Shown piece after piece: positions 9,870 to 21,122 of a stretch of 64,000 bases of DNA. Numbering within the stretch: the stretch's first letter is position 1; each line of letters begins with the position of its first letter. A program made the translations under genes and the position numbers. The notes under the pieces are model-generated. The model worked only from the letters and a program-made list of their open reading frames with translations. It was not told the DNA's origin and did not search any database. Source of the stretch: Clostridiales bacterium (GTDB taxonomy: Bacteria > Bacillota > Clostridia > Lachnospirales > Anaerotignaceae); assembly GCA_019423725.1 (NCBI GenBank), contig JAHZAW010000040.1:1569-65568 (forward strand), given 5' to 3'.

Positions 9870-11966
9870 ATGAGTACAATGACAGATTTATTCGGATCAA
9901 TGGTTTTTGACGACAAAGTGATGGAAGCAAGACTTCCCAAAGAAACCTACAAGGCAATGCAGAAGACCATCAAAGACGGACTTCCCCTTGTTGACCTTGA
10001 GGTAGCAAACGTTGTTGCCAATGCAATGAAAGACTGGGCCATCGAAAAAGGTGCAACACATTTCACACACTGGTTCCAGCCTATGACAGGCATTACTGCA
10101 GAAAAACACGACAGCTTTATTTCACCTAAGGGCGACGGAAAAATTATTATGGAATTTTCCGGCAAGGAGCTTGTTAAGGGCGAACCTGATGCTTCATCAT
10201 TCCCTTCAGGCGGACTTAGAGCAACATTCGAGGCCAGAGGATATACAGCCTGGGACCCCACATCATATGCTTTCATTAAAGATAAGGCACTCTGCATCCC
10301 CACTGCATTCTGTTCATACGGCGGCGAGGCACTTGATAAAAAGACTCCCCTCCTCCGTTCAATGGAATATATCAATAAGGAAGCCTTAAGAGTACTTAAA
10401 CTTTTCGGAAATGATGATGTAACATCAGTTAAAACAACTGTTGGTCCTGAGCAGGAATACTTCCTCATCCCCAAAGAACTCTATGATAAAAGAAAAGACC
10501 TTATCTACACAGGAAGAACTCTTTTCGGTGCAAAGGCTCCCAAGGGACAGGAACTTGATGACCATTACTTTGGAACGATCAAACCCAGAGTTGCAGCTTA
10601 TATGGCTGACCTCAACGAGGAACTTTGGAAACTTGGAATCCTTGCAAAAACAGAACATAACGAAGTAGCTCCTGCACAGCACGAGCTTGCTCCTATCTTT
10701 ACAACAACAAACATAGCAACAGACCACAACCAGCTTACAATGGAGATCATGCAGAAAGTCGCAAAGAAACACGACCTTGTATGTCTGCTCCATGAGAAAC
10801 CTTTTGAAGGTGTAAACGGTTCAGGTAAGCACAACAACTGGTCTATTTCAACAAACACAGGCGTTAACCTTCTTGAGCCTGGTGAAACACCCTATGAAAA
10901 CGCACAGTTCCTCTTATTCCTCTGCGCTGTTATAAAAGGTGTTGATGAGTATCAGGATCTTCTCAGGATCGCAGTTGCTTCCGCTGGCAACGACCACAGA
11001 CTTGGAGCTAACGAGGCTCCTCCCGCTGTAGTTTCTATCTTCCTTGGCGATGAGCTTTACGCAATCCTTGAGGCTATCAAAGATGGTAAATCATATAACG
11101 GAACATCAAAAGAAAGCATGCAGATCGGTGTTGACGTTCTTCCTCCATTCTTCAGAGATACAACTGATAGGAACAGAACATCACCCTTCGCTTTCACAGG
11201 AAATAAATTTGAGTTCAGAATGGTAGGTTCCACAATGTCTATCGCCGGCCCCAACTTTGTTCTTAACACAGTTGTAGGCAAGGAACTTAAGGAATTCGCT
11301 GATGCCCTTGAAGGTTCAAAGGATTTCAATACAGATCTTCATAACCTCATCGTTAAGACTATCAAAGATCATGAAAGAATCCTCTTCAACGGCAACGGTT
11401 ATGATGATGCCTGGATCGAAGAAGCAGAAAAGAGAGGTCTCTGCAACCTCAAGACAACACCTGATTGTCTTCCCTACTTCCTTTCAGACAAAAACGTATC
11501 ACTCTTCACAGAGAGCGGAGTCCTTTCAAAGACTGAAATGGAATCACGTTATGACATCACTCTTGAAGCATACTGCAAGGTTATCGGCATAGAGGCAGCT
11601 ACAATGCTTGATATGGCTAAAAAAGATATCCTTCCCGCAGCTACAGCTTACATCAAAGAGCTTGCTGACACAGCAAATGCTAAGAAGGCAATTCTCCCCA
11701 TGTGCGAATGCTCATATGAAGAAGATATCGTAGCTAAGGCTTCTGCCCTTACTGGTAAACTTTACGCTGCTGTTAAAGTTCTTGAGGACAACATCGCTAG
11801 AACAGCTGAGATCGACAACGTAACAGAGCTTTCAATGTTCTATAAGGATTCTATCATCCCTTCAATGGACGCTGTAAGAGCTCCCGCTGATGAACTTGAA
11901 ACGATAACAGCTAAGAAATACTGGCCGTTCCCTACATACGGCGATCTCCTTTTCGGAGTAAGATAA
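9870..11966 (+). CDS. glnA: Glutamine synthetase type III
   Basis: 698 aa; [58 protein letters not shown]-terminal WPFPTY. Confidence 0.95.
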   Translation: MSTMTDLFGSMVFDDKVMEARLPKETYKAMQKTIKDGLPLVDLEVANVVANAMKDWAIEKGATHFTHWFQPMTGITAEKHDSFISPKGDGKIIMEFSGKELVKGEPDASSFPSGGLRATFEARGYTAWDPTSYAFIKDKALCIPTAFCSYGGEALDKKTPLLRSMEYINKEALRVLKLFGNDDVTSVKTTVGPEQEYFLIPKELYDKRKDLIYTGRTLFGAKAPKGQELDDHYFGTIKPRVAAYMADLNEELWKLGILAKTEHNEVAPAQHELAPIFTTTNIATDHNQLTMEIMQKVAKKHDLVCLLHEKPFEGVNGSGKHNNWSISTNTGVNLLEPGETPYENAQFLLFLCAVIKGVDEYQDLLRIAVASAGNDHRLGANEAPPAVVSIFLGDELYAILEAIKDGKSYNGTSKESMQIGVDVLPPFFRDTTDRNRTSPFAFTGNKFEFRMVGSTMSIAGPNFVLNTVVGKELKEFADALEGSKDFNTDLHNLIVKTIKDHERILFNGNGYDDAWIEEAEKRGLCNLKTTPDCLPYFLSDKNVSLFTESGVLSKTEMESRYDITLEAYCKVIGIEAATMLDMAKKDILPAATAYIKELADTANAKKAILPMCECSYEEDIVAKASALTGKLYAAVKVLEDNIARTAEIDNVTELSMFYKDSIIPSMDAVRAPADELETITAKKYWPFPTYGDLLFGVR

Positions 11967-12085
11967 AAACTTAAAATTATCCCGCCGTTCCATAAAGGGC
12001 GGCGGGTAAACATATTAAGACAAACATAAGATGCATAATTATTGACAGAATTTTTTGACATTATTTTTGACAGCAGAAAGAAGGA

Positions 12086-13813
12086 ATGACAATGGATTTT
12101 ACAGCATTAGTTTCAAGCATCAACACTACCTGGGTCCTGGTCGCCGCAGCTCTTGTATTCTTTATGCAGGCCGGATTTGCCATGGTAGAAACAGGATTCA
12201 CAAGAGCTAAAAATGCCGGAAACATTATCATGAAAAACCTTATGGACTTCTGTATAGGTACTCCCCTCTACTGGTTCATAGGATTCGGAATAATGTTCGG
12301 AGGCATGAGCGGAGTCTTCGGCGGTATTGATTTCTTCACTAGAGGAGATTATTCATCAATACTCCCCGATGGTGTTCCATTTTTCGCATACTTCATTTTC
12401 CAGACCGTTTTCTGCGCTACTTCAGCTACAATAGTTTCAGGAGCTATGGCTGAAAGAACTAAGTTCAGCGCATATTGTGTATATTCAGCTATCATAAGTC
12501 TTATCATTTATCCCGTAAGCGGTCACTGGATCTGGGGCGGCGGCTGGCTCTCACAGATGGGCTTCCACGATTTCGCCGGTTCAACAGCAGTTCATATGCT
12601 CGGCGGCGTATGTGCCTTCATCGGAGCTAAAATGCTTGGTCCCCGTATCGGAAAATATGACAAAAACGGAAAATCAAAAGCTATCCCCGGACACTCTATT
12701 ACATTAGGTGCTCTCGGATGCTTTATCCTCTGGTTCTGCTGGTTCGGTTTCAATGGAGGCTCAACAGTTTCCATGGTAGACGGTGCTCAGGAACTTGCCG
12801 GAAAAGTATTCTTTAACACTAACCTTGCCGCTGCGACTGCAACAATTCCTGTAATGCTCTTTACTTGGAAACTCTATAAAAAACCCGATGTTTCTATGAC
12901 ACTTAACGGTTCTCTTGCTGGTCTTGTTGCCATAACAGCCGGCTGCGATGTGGTTAATCCCTGGGCAGCAGCTATTATCGGTATCATCGCTGGATTTGCC
13001 GTTGTAGGAGCCATCGAGTTCATCGATAAGAAACTTAAAGTTGATGACCCTGTAGGTGCATGTGGAGTTCATATGGTATGCGGATGCCTTGGTACTATCC
13101 TTACCGGTGTGTTCTGCTCTAATGAATCTCTTGAGGCCATGGGTATGACAAGAGGAGCTTTCCTTGGTGTTCAGTTCGTTGGTGTTATATCAACTATCAT
13201 CTGGGCAGCAGTAACAATCACTATTACATTTACTATTATCAAGAAAACGATCGGCCTTAGAGTAACAGCTGAAGAAGAAATTTCAGGTCTTGACCTTCCT
13301 GAACATGGTCTTGTATCTGCTTACGCTGACTTTATGCCGGCCATTTCACAGGTCGATTCTTCAGAAGCTCCTGTCGTAACTGGAACTGTTCCCGTTGATG
13401 AGGCAGTGCCCGTACAGCTTAAGACAGCTCCTAAGGGAACTGTAACAGCTTCCGATGTGAAGATGACAAAGATCGAGCTTCTTATCAAACAGGAAAAATT
13501 TGAAGCTCTTAAAGAAGCCCTTATGGGAATCGGCATCACAGGAATGACAGTAACTCACGTTCTTGGATGCGGCGCCCAGAAAGGCAAACCTGAATATTAC
13601 CGTGGTGTTATTCAGGAAGTCAGCCTTCTTCCTAAAGTACAGGTCGAAGTCGTTGTTTGTAAAGTTCCTGTCCGTACAGTAATCGAAACCGCTAAGAAAG
13701 TTCTTTATACAGGACATATCGGTGATGGCAAGATCTTCGTTTATGACGTTGAAAACGCTATCAAGGTACGTACAGGTGAGGAAGGGTTTGATGCTCTTCA
13801 GGATGTTGAATAA
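12086..13813 (+). CDS. amt: Ammonium transporter fused to C-terminal PII (GlnB/GlnK) domain
   Basis: FFMQAGFAMVE, DFAGSTAVH, WFGFNGGS, DDPVGA..VH; PII motifs YRG..LLPKV and TGHIGDGKIFV..RTGE. Confidence 0.93.
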   Translation: MTMDFTALVSSINTTWVLVAAALVFFMQAGFAMVETGFTRAKNAGNIIMKNLMDFCIGTPLYWFIGFGIMFGGMSGVFGGIDFFTRGDYSSILPDGVPFFAYFIFQTVFCATSATIVSGAMAERTKFSAYCVYSAIISLIIYPVSGHWIWGGGWLSQMGFHDFAGSTAVHMLGGVCAFIGAKMLGPRIGKYDKNGKSKAIPGHSITLGALGCFILWFCWFGFNGGSTVSMVDGAQELAGKVFFNTNLAAATATIPVMLFTWKLYKKPDVSMTLNGSLAGLVAITAGCDVVNPWAAAIIGIIAGFAVVGAIEFIDKKLKVDDPVGACGVHMVCGCLGTILTGVFCSNESLEAMGMTRGAFLGVQFVGVISTIIWAAVTITITFTIIKKTIGLRVTAEEEISGLDLPEHGLVSAYADFMPAISQVDSSEAPVVTGTVPVDEAVPVQLKTAPKGTVTASDVKMTKIELLIKQEKFEALKEALMGIGITGMTVTHVLGCGAQKGKPEYYRGVIQEVSLLPKVQVEVVVCKVPVRTVIETAKKVLYTGHIGDGKIFVYDVENAIKVRTGEEGFDALQDVE

Positions 13814-13826
13814 ATAAAATTGAAAA

Positions 13827-13862
13827 TGCAAAAGGTGCTTTTAAGTGCCTTTTGCACTTTTT
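13827..13862 (+). terminator. Terminator-like hairpin between amt and gltB
   Basis: TGCAAAAGG..CCTTTTGCA followed by CTTTTT. Confidence 0.6.
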
Positions 13863-13887
13863 CACAATCAGTTAGGGGTTGTATATT

Positions 13888-16800
13888 ATGAGTGAAAATT
13901 ATATGGATAATAAAAACAAGGGATTATACGAAAGTCAGTTTGAACATGATAACTGCGGTATCGGTGCAGTTGTCAATATCAAAGGAAAACAGTCTCACAA
14001 AATCGTTGACGATGCCCTTAAGATCGTTGAAAAACTTGAACATCGTGCCGGAAAAGATGCAGAAGGCAAAACCGGTGACGGCGTTGGTATTATGCTTCAG
14101 ATATCCCATGACTTCTTCAAAAAAGCAGCTGCGGATATCGGTATTGAATTAAATGAGGCAAGGGACTACGGTGTTGGTATGTTCTTCTTCCCTCAGGATA
14201 CACTTAAACGTAATCAGGCGAAAAAAATGTTTGAGGTCATTACCGCAAAGGAAGGCCTTAAATTTCTTGGATGGCGTACAGTGCCCGTTGACCCTACAGT
14301 CCTCGGACAGAAAGCTAAAGACTGTATGCCCAATATAATGCAGGCAATAATTGAGAGACCCGAAAATATAAGCAGAGGTCTCGATTTCGATAGAAAACTT
14401 TATGTTATCAGACGTGTGTTTGAGCAGAGCAATGATAATACATATGTCGTTTCTCTCTCAAGCCGTACAATAGTTTACAAAGGAATGTTCCTTGTCGGCC
14501 AGCTGAGAAAGTTCTATCTTGACCTTCAGGATACGGACTATAAGTCAGCCATTGCCATGGTACACTCCAGATTCTCAACAAACACAAATCCCAGCTGGGA
14601 AAGAGCCCATCCCAACAGATTTATACTCCATAACGGCGAGATAAACACTATCCGCGGCAATGTTGACCGTATGCTTGCCCGTGAAGAGACCATGTTCTCA
14701 AAGGTAATGGCAAAGGATATGGATAAAGTCCTTCCCGTCGTTAATGTATCAGGTTCTGACTCAGCAATGCTGGATAATACCCTTGAGTTCCTTGTAATGA
14801 ACGGTATGGACCTTCCCCTTGCTCTTATGATAACCATTCCGGAACCTTGGAGCAACGATAAGAACATAAGCCGTGAAAAACGTGATCTTTACAGATACTA
14901 CGCTACAATGATGGAGCCTTGGGACGGCCCTGCTTCTATCCTCTTCTCCGATGGTGACATCGTAGGAGCCGTACTGGACAGAAACGGACTCAGACCTTCA
15001 AGATACTACATCACTAACGATGACCACCTTGTTCTTTCATCAGAAGTAGGTGTACTTGAGTTCGATCCCAGCAAAGTAGTTAAAAAATCTCGTCTTGAGC
15101 CTGGCAAGATGCTCCTTGTAGATACTAAGGCAGGACGTGTAATATCAGATGAAGAGCTTAAGGAGCGTTATGCCCTTAAACAGCCCTATGGTGAATGGCT
15201 CGACCAGTATCTTGTTGACCTTAAAGATCTTCCTATACCCAACAAAAAGGTCGATATCCATCCCCAGGAAATAAGAGATAAACTGTATAAAGCATTTGGA
15301 TATACCTATGAGGATGTAAAATCAGCTATCCTTCCCATGGCTACAAATGCCGCTGAACCTACAGCTGCAATGGGAATCGATATACCTCTGGCTGTTCTTT
15401 CGGACAAGCATCAGCCCTTATTCAATTACTTTAAACAGATATTCGCACAGGTAACTAATCCCCCTATCGATGCTATCCGTGAGGAAATAGTTACAAATAC
15501 ATCAGTATATATCGGTTCAGATGGTAACCTTCTTGAGGAAAAACCTGACAACTGCCGTATGCTCCATATCAGTAATCCTATACTTACAAGTGTAGATATG
15601 CTCAAGATAAGGAATATGGACATACCTGGATTCAAAGTAGAGACAGTATCACTCCTCTACTATACAAATACTCCCCTTGACCGTGCCATCGACCACTTAT
15701 TCGTAAGCATCGACCGTGCATACAAAAATGGTGCAAATATCATCATTCTTTCCGACCGTGGAGTAGATGAAAACCATGTGGCTATCCCTTCACTTTTAGC
15801 TGTATCAGCCGTTGAACAGCATCTTATAAAGACAAAGAAGAGAACTGCAGTTTCAATAATACTTGAAAGTGCTGAGCCCCGTGATGTACATCACTTTGCT
15901 ACACTTCTCGGATACGGCGCAAGAGCTATCAACCCTTATCTTGCCCATGAATGTATCGGTGAGCTCATTGATATGGGTATGCTCAACAAAGATCTTCATG
16001 TTGCCATCGACGATTACAACAGTGCCATTCTTCATGGTATCGTTAAGATCGCTTCTAAGATGGGTATCTCTACCCTTCAGTCATATCAGTCAGCACAGAT
16101 CTTTGAAGCTATCGGCATAAGCAAAGAAGTAACAGATAAATACTTTACAAATACAGTAAGCCGTGTCGGCGGTGTCGGCCTTAAGGAAATAGGTGAAGAT
16201 GTTGAGTGGAGACATTCACATGCTTTCGATCCCCTTGGACTTGGAGTTGATACTACCCTTGACTCAAATGGTGCGCATAAGCTCCGCAGCGGCAGCGATA
16301 AAGAGGACCATCTCTACAGCCCTAAGGTGATCGTTACCCTTCAGGAGGCCGCTAGAAACGGAGATTACAATAAATTTAAAGAATATACAGCTATGGTCGA
16401 TGATGAGACCAAGCCCCATACCCTCAGAGGTCTGCTTGAATTTAATTTTGATCCTAAGAAGAGCATCCCCATCGAGGAAGTTGAACCCGCTTCAGAGATC
16501 GTTAAGAGATTCAAGACAGGTGCCATGAGCTATGGTTCAATATCACAGGAAGCCCATGAATGCCTTGCCAAAGCCATGAACAGGATCGGCGGAAAATCTA
16601 ACTCAGGTGAAGGCGGCGAGCTTCCAGAAAGACTTCATTCTGACTGCTGCAGTGCCATCAAGCAGGTAGCATCAGGACGTTTTGGTGTAACAAGTGAATA
16701 TCTGGTAAGCGCTAAGGAGATCCAGATAAAGATGGCTCAGGGTGCAAAACCCGGCGAAGGTGGACATCTTCCCGGTAAAAAAGTATATCCCTGGATCGCT

Positions 16801-18429
16801 AAGACAAGATACTCTACACCTGGAGTTTCTCTTATCTCCCCTCCCCCTCACCATGATATTTATTCAATAGAAGACCTGGCACAGCTCATATACGACCTTA
16901 AAAACTCCAACAGAGCAGCTCGTATATCAGTTAAGCTCGTTTCCGAATCAGGTGTAGGAACTATCGCTGCCGGCGTTGCTAAGGCAGGTGCACAGGTAAT
17001 ACTTATTTCAGGTTATGATGGAGGAACAGGAGCTGCTCCTAAGAGTTCAATACATTCTGCTGGACTTCCCTGGGAACTTGGACTTGCTGAGACCCATCAG
17101 ACACTTATAGAAAATGGACTCCGTTCAAGGGTCGTTATCGAGACAGATGGTAAGCTTATGAGCGGCCGTGATGTTGCCATCGCTTGTATGCTTGGTGCAG
17201 AAGAATTCGGCTTTGCTACAGCTCCCCTGGTAACCATGGGCTGTGTAATGATGAGGGTCTGCAACCTTGATACATGCCCTGTCGGCATCGCTACACAGAA
17301 CCCTGAACTCAGAAAGAGATTCAGAGGAAAACCTGAATATGTAATCAACTTTATGATGTTCATAGCTGAGGAACTCAGAGAGATCATGGCTAAATGCGGT
17401 GTTCGTACAGTAAACGAACTCGTAGGCCATACAGAATTCCTCAAAGTCAGAGAAAAGAAGGCAACAGAAGGTGCTGCCCTCGTTGATATGAGCAAGATAC
17501 TCTATAATCCTCATACAAAGGATGGAGATACTCATTTTGACCCTGCTAAGGTCTATGACTTCAAACTTGAGAATACAATAGATGAAAAGATTCTTCTTAA
17601 GAAGTTCGCATCTTCTTTAAAGACAGGAGAAAAACAGAGAGTAGAAATAAAAGTTACAAGTACAGACCGTACACTTGGTACTATCCTTGGTTCCGAGATA
17701 ACAAAATCCCTTGGAACATCCGTTGAAGACGATACATTTACAGTTAAATGTCTTGGAGGCGGCGGACAGAGTTTCGGCGCATTTATTCCTAAGGGTCTTA
17801 CGATTGAACTTGAAGGCGACAGCAATGACTACTTCGGCAAAGGACTTTCAGGCGGAAAACTTATAGTATATCCTCCTAAGGGAAGCCGTTTCAAACCAGA
17901 AGAAAATATAATCATAGGCAACGTTGCCCTTTATGGCGCAACCAGCGGAAAAGCATTCATCAATGGTATTGCCGGTGAAAGATTCTGTGTAAGGAACTCT
18001 GGAGCCACAGCCGTTGTTGAAGGTGTCGGCGACCATGGATGCGAGTATATGACAGGCGGTACAGCCCTTATACTTGGAAAAACAGGCAAAAACTTCGCTG
18101 CTGGTATGTCCGGAGGAATAGCCTATGTACTTGATGAAAATCATGATCTTTACCTTCGTGTCAACAAAGAGCTTGTAAATATCGAAACAGTAAGTGAAAA
18201 ACACGATCTTGCTGAGATAAAACGCCTTATTACAGAACATGTAGAGGCAACAGGTTCTCCCCTTGGCAGACGTATTCTTGATAATTTCGATGAATATTCT
18301 GATAAGTTCAAAAAGATCATGCCCGTTGACTATAACCATATGCTCCAGTCAATTTCTCAGATGGAAGAGAAAGGCATGTCAAGAGAACAGGCAGAAATCG
18401 AAGCTTTCTATATGAATACAGGCAGATAA
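13888..18429 (+). CDS. gltB: Glutamate synthase large subunit
   Basis: HDNCGIG (Ntn Cys), HSRFSTNT, MSYGSIS, QGAKPGEGG, CVMMRVCNLDTCPVG. Confidence 0.97.
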   Translation: MSENYMDNKNKGLYESQFEHDNCGIGAVVNIKGKQSHKIVDDALKIVEKLEHRAGKDAEGKTGDGVGIMLQISHDFFKKAAADIGIELNEARDYGVGMFFFPQDTLKRNQAKKMFEVITAKEGLKFLGWRTVPVDPTVLGQKAKDCMPNIMQAIIERPENISRGLDFDRKLYVIRRVFEQSNDNTYVVSLSSRTIVYKGMFLVGQLRKFYLDLQDTDYKSAIAMVHSRFSTNTNPSWERAHPNRFILHNGEINTIRGNVDRMLAREETMFSKVMAKDMDKVLPVVNVSGSDSAMLDNTLEFLVMNGMDLPLALMITIPEPWSNDKNISREKRDLYRYYATMMEPWDGPASILFSDGDIVGAVLDRNGLRPSRYYITNDDHLVLSSEVGVLEFDPSKVVKKSRLEPGKMLLVDTKAGRVISDEELKERYALKQPYGEWLDQYLVDLKDLPIPNKKVDIHPQEIRDKLYKAFGYTYEDVKSAILPMATNAAEPTAAMGIDIPLAVLSDKHQPLFNYFKQIFAQVTNPPIDAIREEIVTNTSVYIGSDGNLLEEKPDNCRMLHISNPILTSVDMLKIRNMDIPGFKVETVSLLYYTNTPLDRAIDHLFVSIDRAYKNGANIIILSDRGVDENHVAIPSLLAVSAVEQHLIKTKKRTAVSIILESAEPRDVHHFATLLGYGARAINPYLAHECIGELIDMGMLNKDLHVAIDDYNSAILHGIVKIASKMGISTLQSYQSAQIFEAIGISKEVTDKYFTNTVSRVGGVGLKEIGEDVEWRHSHAFDPLGLGVDTTLDSNGAHKLRSGSDKEDHLYSPKVIVTLQEAARNGDYNKFKEYTAMVDDETKPHTLRGLLEFNFDPKKSIPIEEVEPASEIVKRFKTGAMSYGSISQEAHECLAKAMNRIGGKSNSGEGGELPERLHSDCCSAIKQVASGRFGVTSEYLVSAKEIQIKMAQGAKPGEGGHLPGKKVYPWIAKTRYSTPGVSLISPPPHHDIYSIEDLAQLIYDLKNSNRAARISVKLVSESGVGTIAAGVAKAGAQVILISGYDGGTGAAPKSSIHSAGLPWELGLAETHQTLIENGLRSRVVIETDGKLMSGRDVAIACMLGAEEFGFATAPLVTMGCVMMRVCNLDTCPVGIATQNPELRKRFRGKPEYVINFMMFIAEELREIMAKCGVRTVNELVGHTEFLKVREKKATEGAALVDMSKILYNPHTKDGDTHFDPAKVYDFKLENTIDEKILLKKFASSLKTGEKQRVEIKVTSTDRTLGTILGSEITKSLGTSVEDDTFTVKCLGGGGQSFGAFIPKGLTIELEGDSNDYFGKGLSGGKLIVYPPKGSRFKPEENIIIGNVALYGATSGKAFINGIAGERFCVRNSGATAVVEGVGDHGCEYMTGGTALILGKTGKNFAAGMSGGIAYVLDENHDLYLRVNKELVNIETVSEKHDLAEIKRLITEHVEATGSPLGRRILDNFDEYSDKFKKIMPVDYNHMLQSISQMEEKGMSREQAEIEAFYMNTGR

Positions 18430-18442
18430 GGAGGAACTGAAC

Positions 18443-19933
18443 ATGGGAAAATCAACAGCATTTTTAGATTATAAATGAGAACTGAATCCTTCAACGGATC
18501 CTAAAGTAAGAATAACTAACTTCAATGAATTTCATAAACAGATATCTGGCGAAAAGAGACGTCTGCAGGGTGCTAGATGCATGAACTGCGGTGTCCCCTT
18601 CTGCCAGTCGGGAATGATGCTCAACGGTATGGCTACAGGCTGTCCCCTTCATAACCTCATCCCCGAATGGAATGATGAGATATACAACAACAACCTTGAG
18701 CACGCCCTTGCAAGGCTTTTAAAGACAAACAACTTCCCGGAATTTACCGGCCGTGTCTGCCCTGCCCTTTGCGAGGCAGCCTGCACCTGTGGTTTGAACG
18801 ATACACCTGTAACGGTTAAGGAAAATGAGCTTTCACTTATCGAAAATGGTTTTGAAAACGGATATGTGAAACCCGTTATCCCTCCTGTCAGGTCCGATAA
18901 AAAAGTCGCTGTCATTGGTTCCGGACCTTCCGGCCTGGCAGCAGCTGATATGCTCAATAAACGCGGCCATAACGTTACCGTATTTGAGAAACACGACCGT
19001 ATCGGCGGACTTCTTATGTATGGCATACCTAATATGAAACTTGAGAAAGATATCGTAGAACGCAGAGTAAAACTTATGGAAGAAGAAGGCGTTACATTCG
19101 TTACTAACGCTGATGTTGGAAATACAACGGATGCCAAAGAGATCCTCAATTCATTTGACGCCGTAATACTCTGCTGTGGTGCTGAAAATCCCAGAGATAT
19201 AAACGCTCCCGGAAGAAATGAAACAAACGGCATATACTTTGCGGTAGATTTCCTTACAAGAAATACTAAGAGCCTTTTAGACTCAAACTTTGAAGATAAA
19301 AAGTATATTGATGTCAGAAATAAAAATGTAGTTATTGTCGGCGGCGGTGACACAGGAAACGACTGTACAGGAACAGCCATCAGACATTGCTGCAAATCCG
19401 TAACACAGATCGAAATGATGCCTAAGCTCCCCGATGAGAGGACGCCTCAGAACCCTTGGCCTCAGTGGCCCAGAGTATGCAAGACAGACTACGGCCAGGA
19501 AGAAGCCATAGCTGTATTTGGCCATGACCCCAGAGTTTATGAGACTACTATAAAAGAGATCATTCCCGATAAAAAAGGAAATCTTAAAGCTGTAAAGACC
19601 GTTAAGGTAAAACAGGAAAAGGACCCTGCAACAGGAGCTTTCTCAATGGTAGAAGTACCTGGCAGCGAAAAGATACTTGATGCTGATGTGCTTATAATCG
19701 CCGCAGGATTCTTAGGAAGCAGGAAGTATATTTCTGAAGCCTTTGGAGTTGAGCTCAATCAGAGAACTAATGTAAAAACTGAAGAAGGTAAATATAAGAC
19801 TAATGTTGAAAAGGTATTTACAGCAGGCGATATGCACAGAGGACAGTCTCTGGTCGTATGGGCCATAACAGAAGGCCGTGCCGCTGCTAAAGAAGTGGAT
19901 GCCTATCTTATGGGCTATTCAAATATGGTTTAA
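18443..19933 (+). pseudogene. gltD: Glutamate synthase small subunit with in-frame TGA at codon 12 (nonsense mutation, sequencing error or readthrough)
   Basis: AAGGAGG RBS and ATG at 18443; MGKSTAFLDYK*ELNPSTDPKVRITNFNEF..QGARCMNCGVPFC continues in frame with ORF 18581; GSGPSG and GGGDTG motifs. Confidence 0.8.
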
Positions 19934-19967
19934 TATTGCCCCTAATTTATTTATTCATATATTTTCA

Positions 19968-20004
19968 CCCGGGCCGGAAGGAGAAATCCTCCGGTCCTTT
20001 CATT
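19968..20004 (+). terminator. Terminator after gltD
   Basis: GGGCCGGAAGGA..TCCTCCGGTCCTTT. Confidence 0.55.
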
Positions 20005-20087
20005 TCTGATTTTATTTTTATATGGGATTTCTGCTTTTAATACGGCGGATATTAATATATACTAAAATTATAAAGGAGGTGCGGGAT

Positions 20088-20423
20088 ATGCACAAAAAGT
20101 ATAAGGTCTACAGTGTGTCACTGTCCATGCCTATGATACAGGAAAATATGGCCCCGGGCTGTACATCTGCCCTAAAGGATGGGATCGAACGTAAAAACAT
20201 AAAAGTATTTGATGAGCTTTCGGAGGCTGAAAAGGAGCTTGAACGCCACACCTCCATGGTATATCCGCGTTTTGAATGCAGGAAGGCCTATTATGAGGTC
20301 ACGGAATGGTATCTTGATGAAATAACTTTAGATGAAAATGGCAGCGATATATCCTCAAGATGCCTGAAAAATGCAAAAATGGATCTATCCTATGTAGAAG
20401 ATCAAAATGATTATATGCCATAA
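20088..20423 (+). CDS. Hypothetical protein
   Basis: AAGGAGG RBS before ATG 20088; followed by a terminator. Confidence 0.7.
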   Translation: MHKKYKVYSVSLSMPMIQENMAPGCTSALKDGIERKNIKVFDELSEAEKELERHTSMVYPRFECRKAYYEVTEWYLDEITLDENGSDISSRCLKNAKMDLSYVEDQNDYMP

Positions 20424-20462
20424 AATATAACTTGTCCGCAGTGATTCAGTCAAAAACATTTT

Positions 20463-20502
20463 ATACAAACGGCACAGCTTTTGCTGTGCTGTTTGTATTT
20501 TT
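20463..20502 (+). terminator. Intrinsic terminator
   Basis: ATACAAACGGCACAGC-TTTT-GCTGTGCTGTTTGTAT-TTTT. Confidence 0.75.
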
Positions 20503-20580
20503 CCTGCTTAAATGAATATCATTCCGCATTCCCATAGAGTATCCTTACCTTTGCCCCATCATAAAAAGGAATAGGAATAC

Positions 20581-21105
20581 TTATTCCCTTCCCTGGTATT
20601 CACTTCTAATAATTTCAAACATATCTTCAGGACTTTCTTTGCATCCATTTTGAAGCCACAGCTTTATTATTTTAGTAATTCCAGCCTTAAAAAATTCCAT
20701 ATGATATTCAATATATTTATTTTGGAAATGCTGTCTGGCAAGATCAACATCATAAGCAAATATTTTGTACTCATTGTCATATCCAAGTTTGAAATATGTC
20801 TGATAAAATATCTGGTTGTCTTTAATATGCCGGAACAAATTTAGATAATCATCGTTATTAAAGCCCTGAGCCACCTTATACTTGTGTGATTCAAAGGTCT
20901 CATTTTCTAATTTATCCCTTATGGCATCTGCCAGCCCATATATATCCGTATAATTGGCATAAAAAGTTGTCCTGTTTAATCCAGCTCGTTTACAAATATC
21001 TGATACACTGATCTTATCTAAATCCTTTGTCTGCAGCAATTCGATAAATGCTTTTTCGATGAGTTCCATGGACTGTTTTTTTCTCTTATTATTTACCGTA
21101 TTCAT
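20581..21105 (-). CDS. TetR/AcrR-family regulator
   Basis: ISVSDICKRAGLNRTTFYANY HTH; C-terminal W..NGCKESPE. Confidence 0.9.
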   Translation of the reverse strand: MNTVNNKRKKQSMELIEKAFIELLQTKDLDKISVSDICKRAGLNRTTFYANYTDIYGLADAIRDKLENETFESHKYKVAQGFNNDDYLNLFRHIKDNQIFYQTYFKLGYDNEYKIFAYDVDLARQHFQNKYIEYHMEFFKAGITKIIKLWLQNGCKESPEDMFEIIRSEYQGRE

Positions 21106-21122
21106 AAAAATCTCCTTTATCC

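Noticed and set aside
18476..18478. Selenocysteine recoding in gltD
   Set aside because: The position corresponds to a probable Arg rather than Cys, and no obvious SECIS-like hairpin follows.
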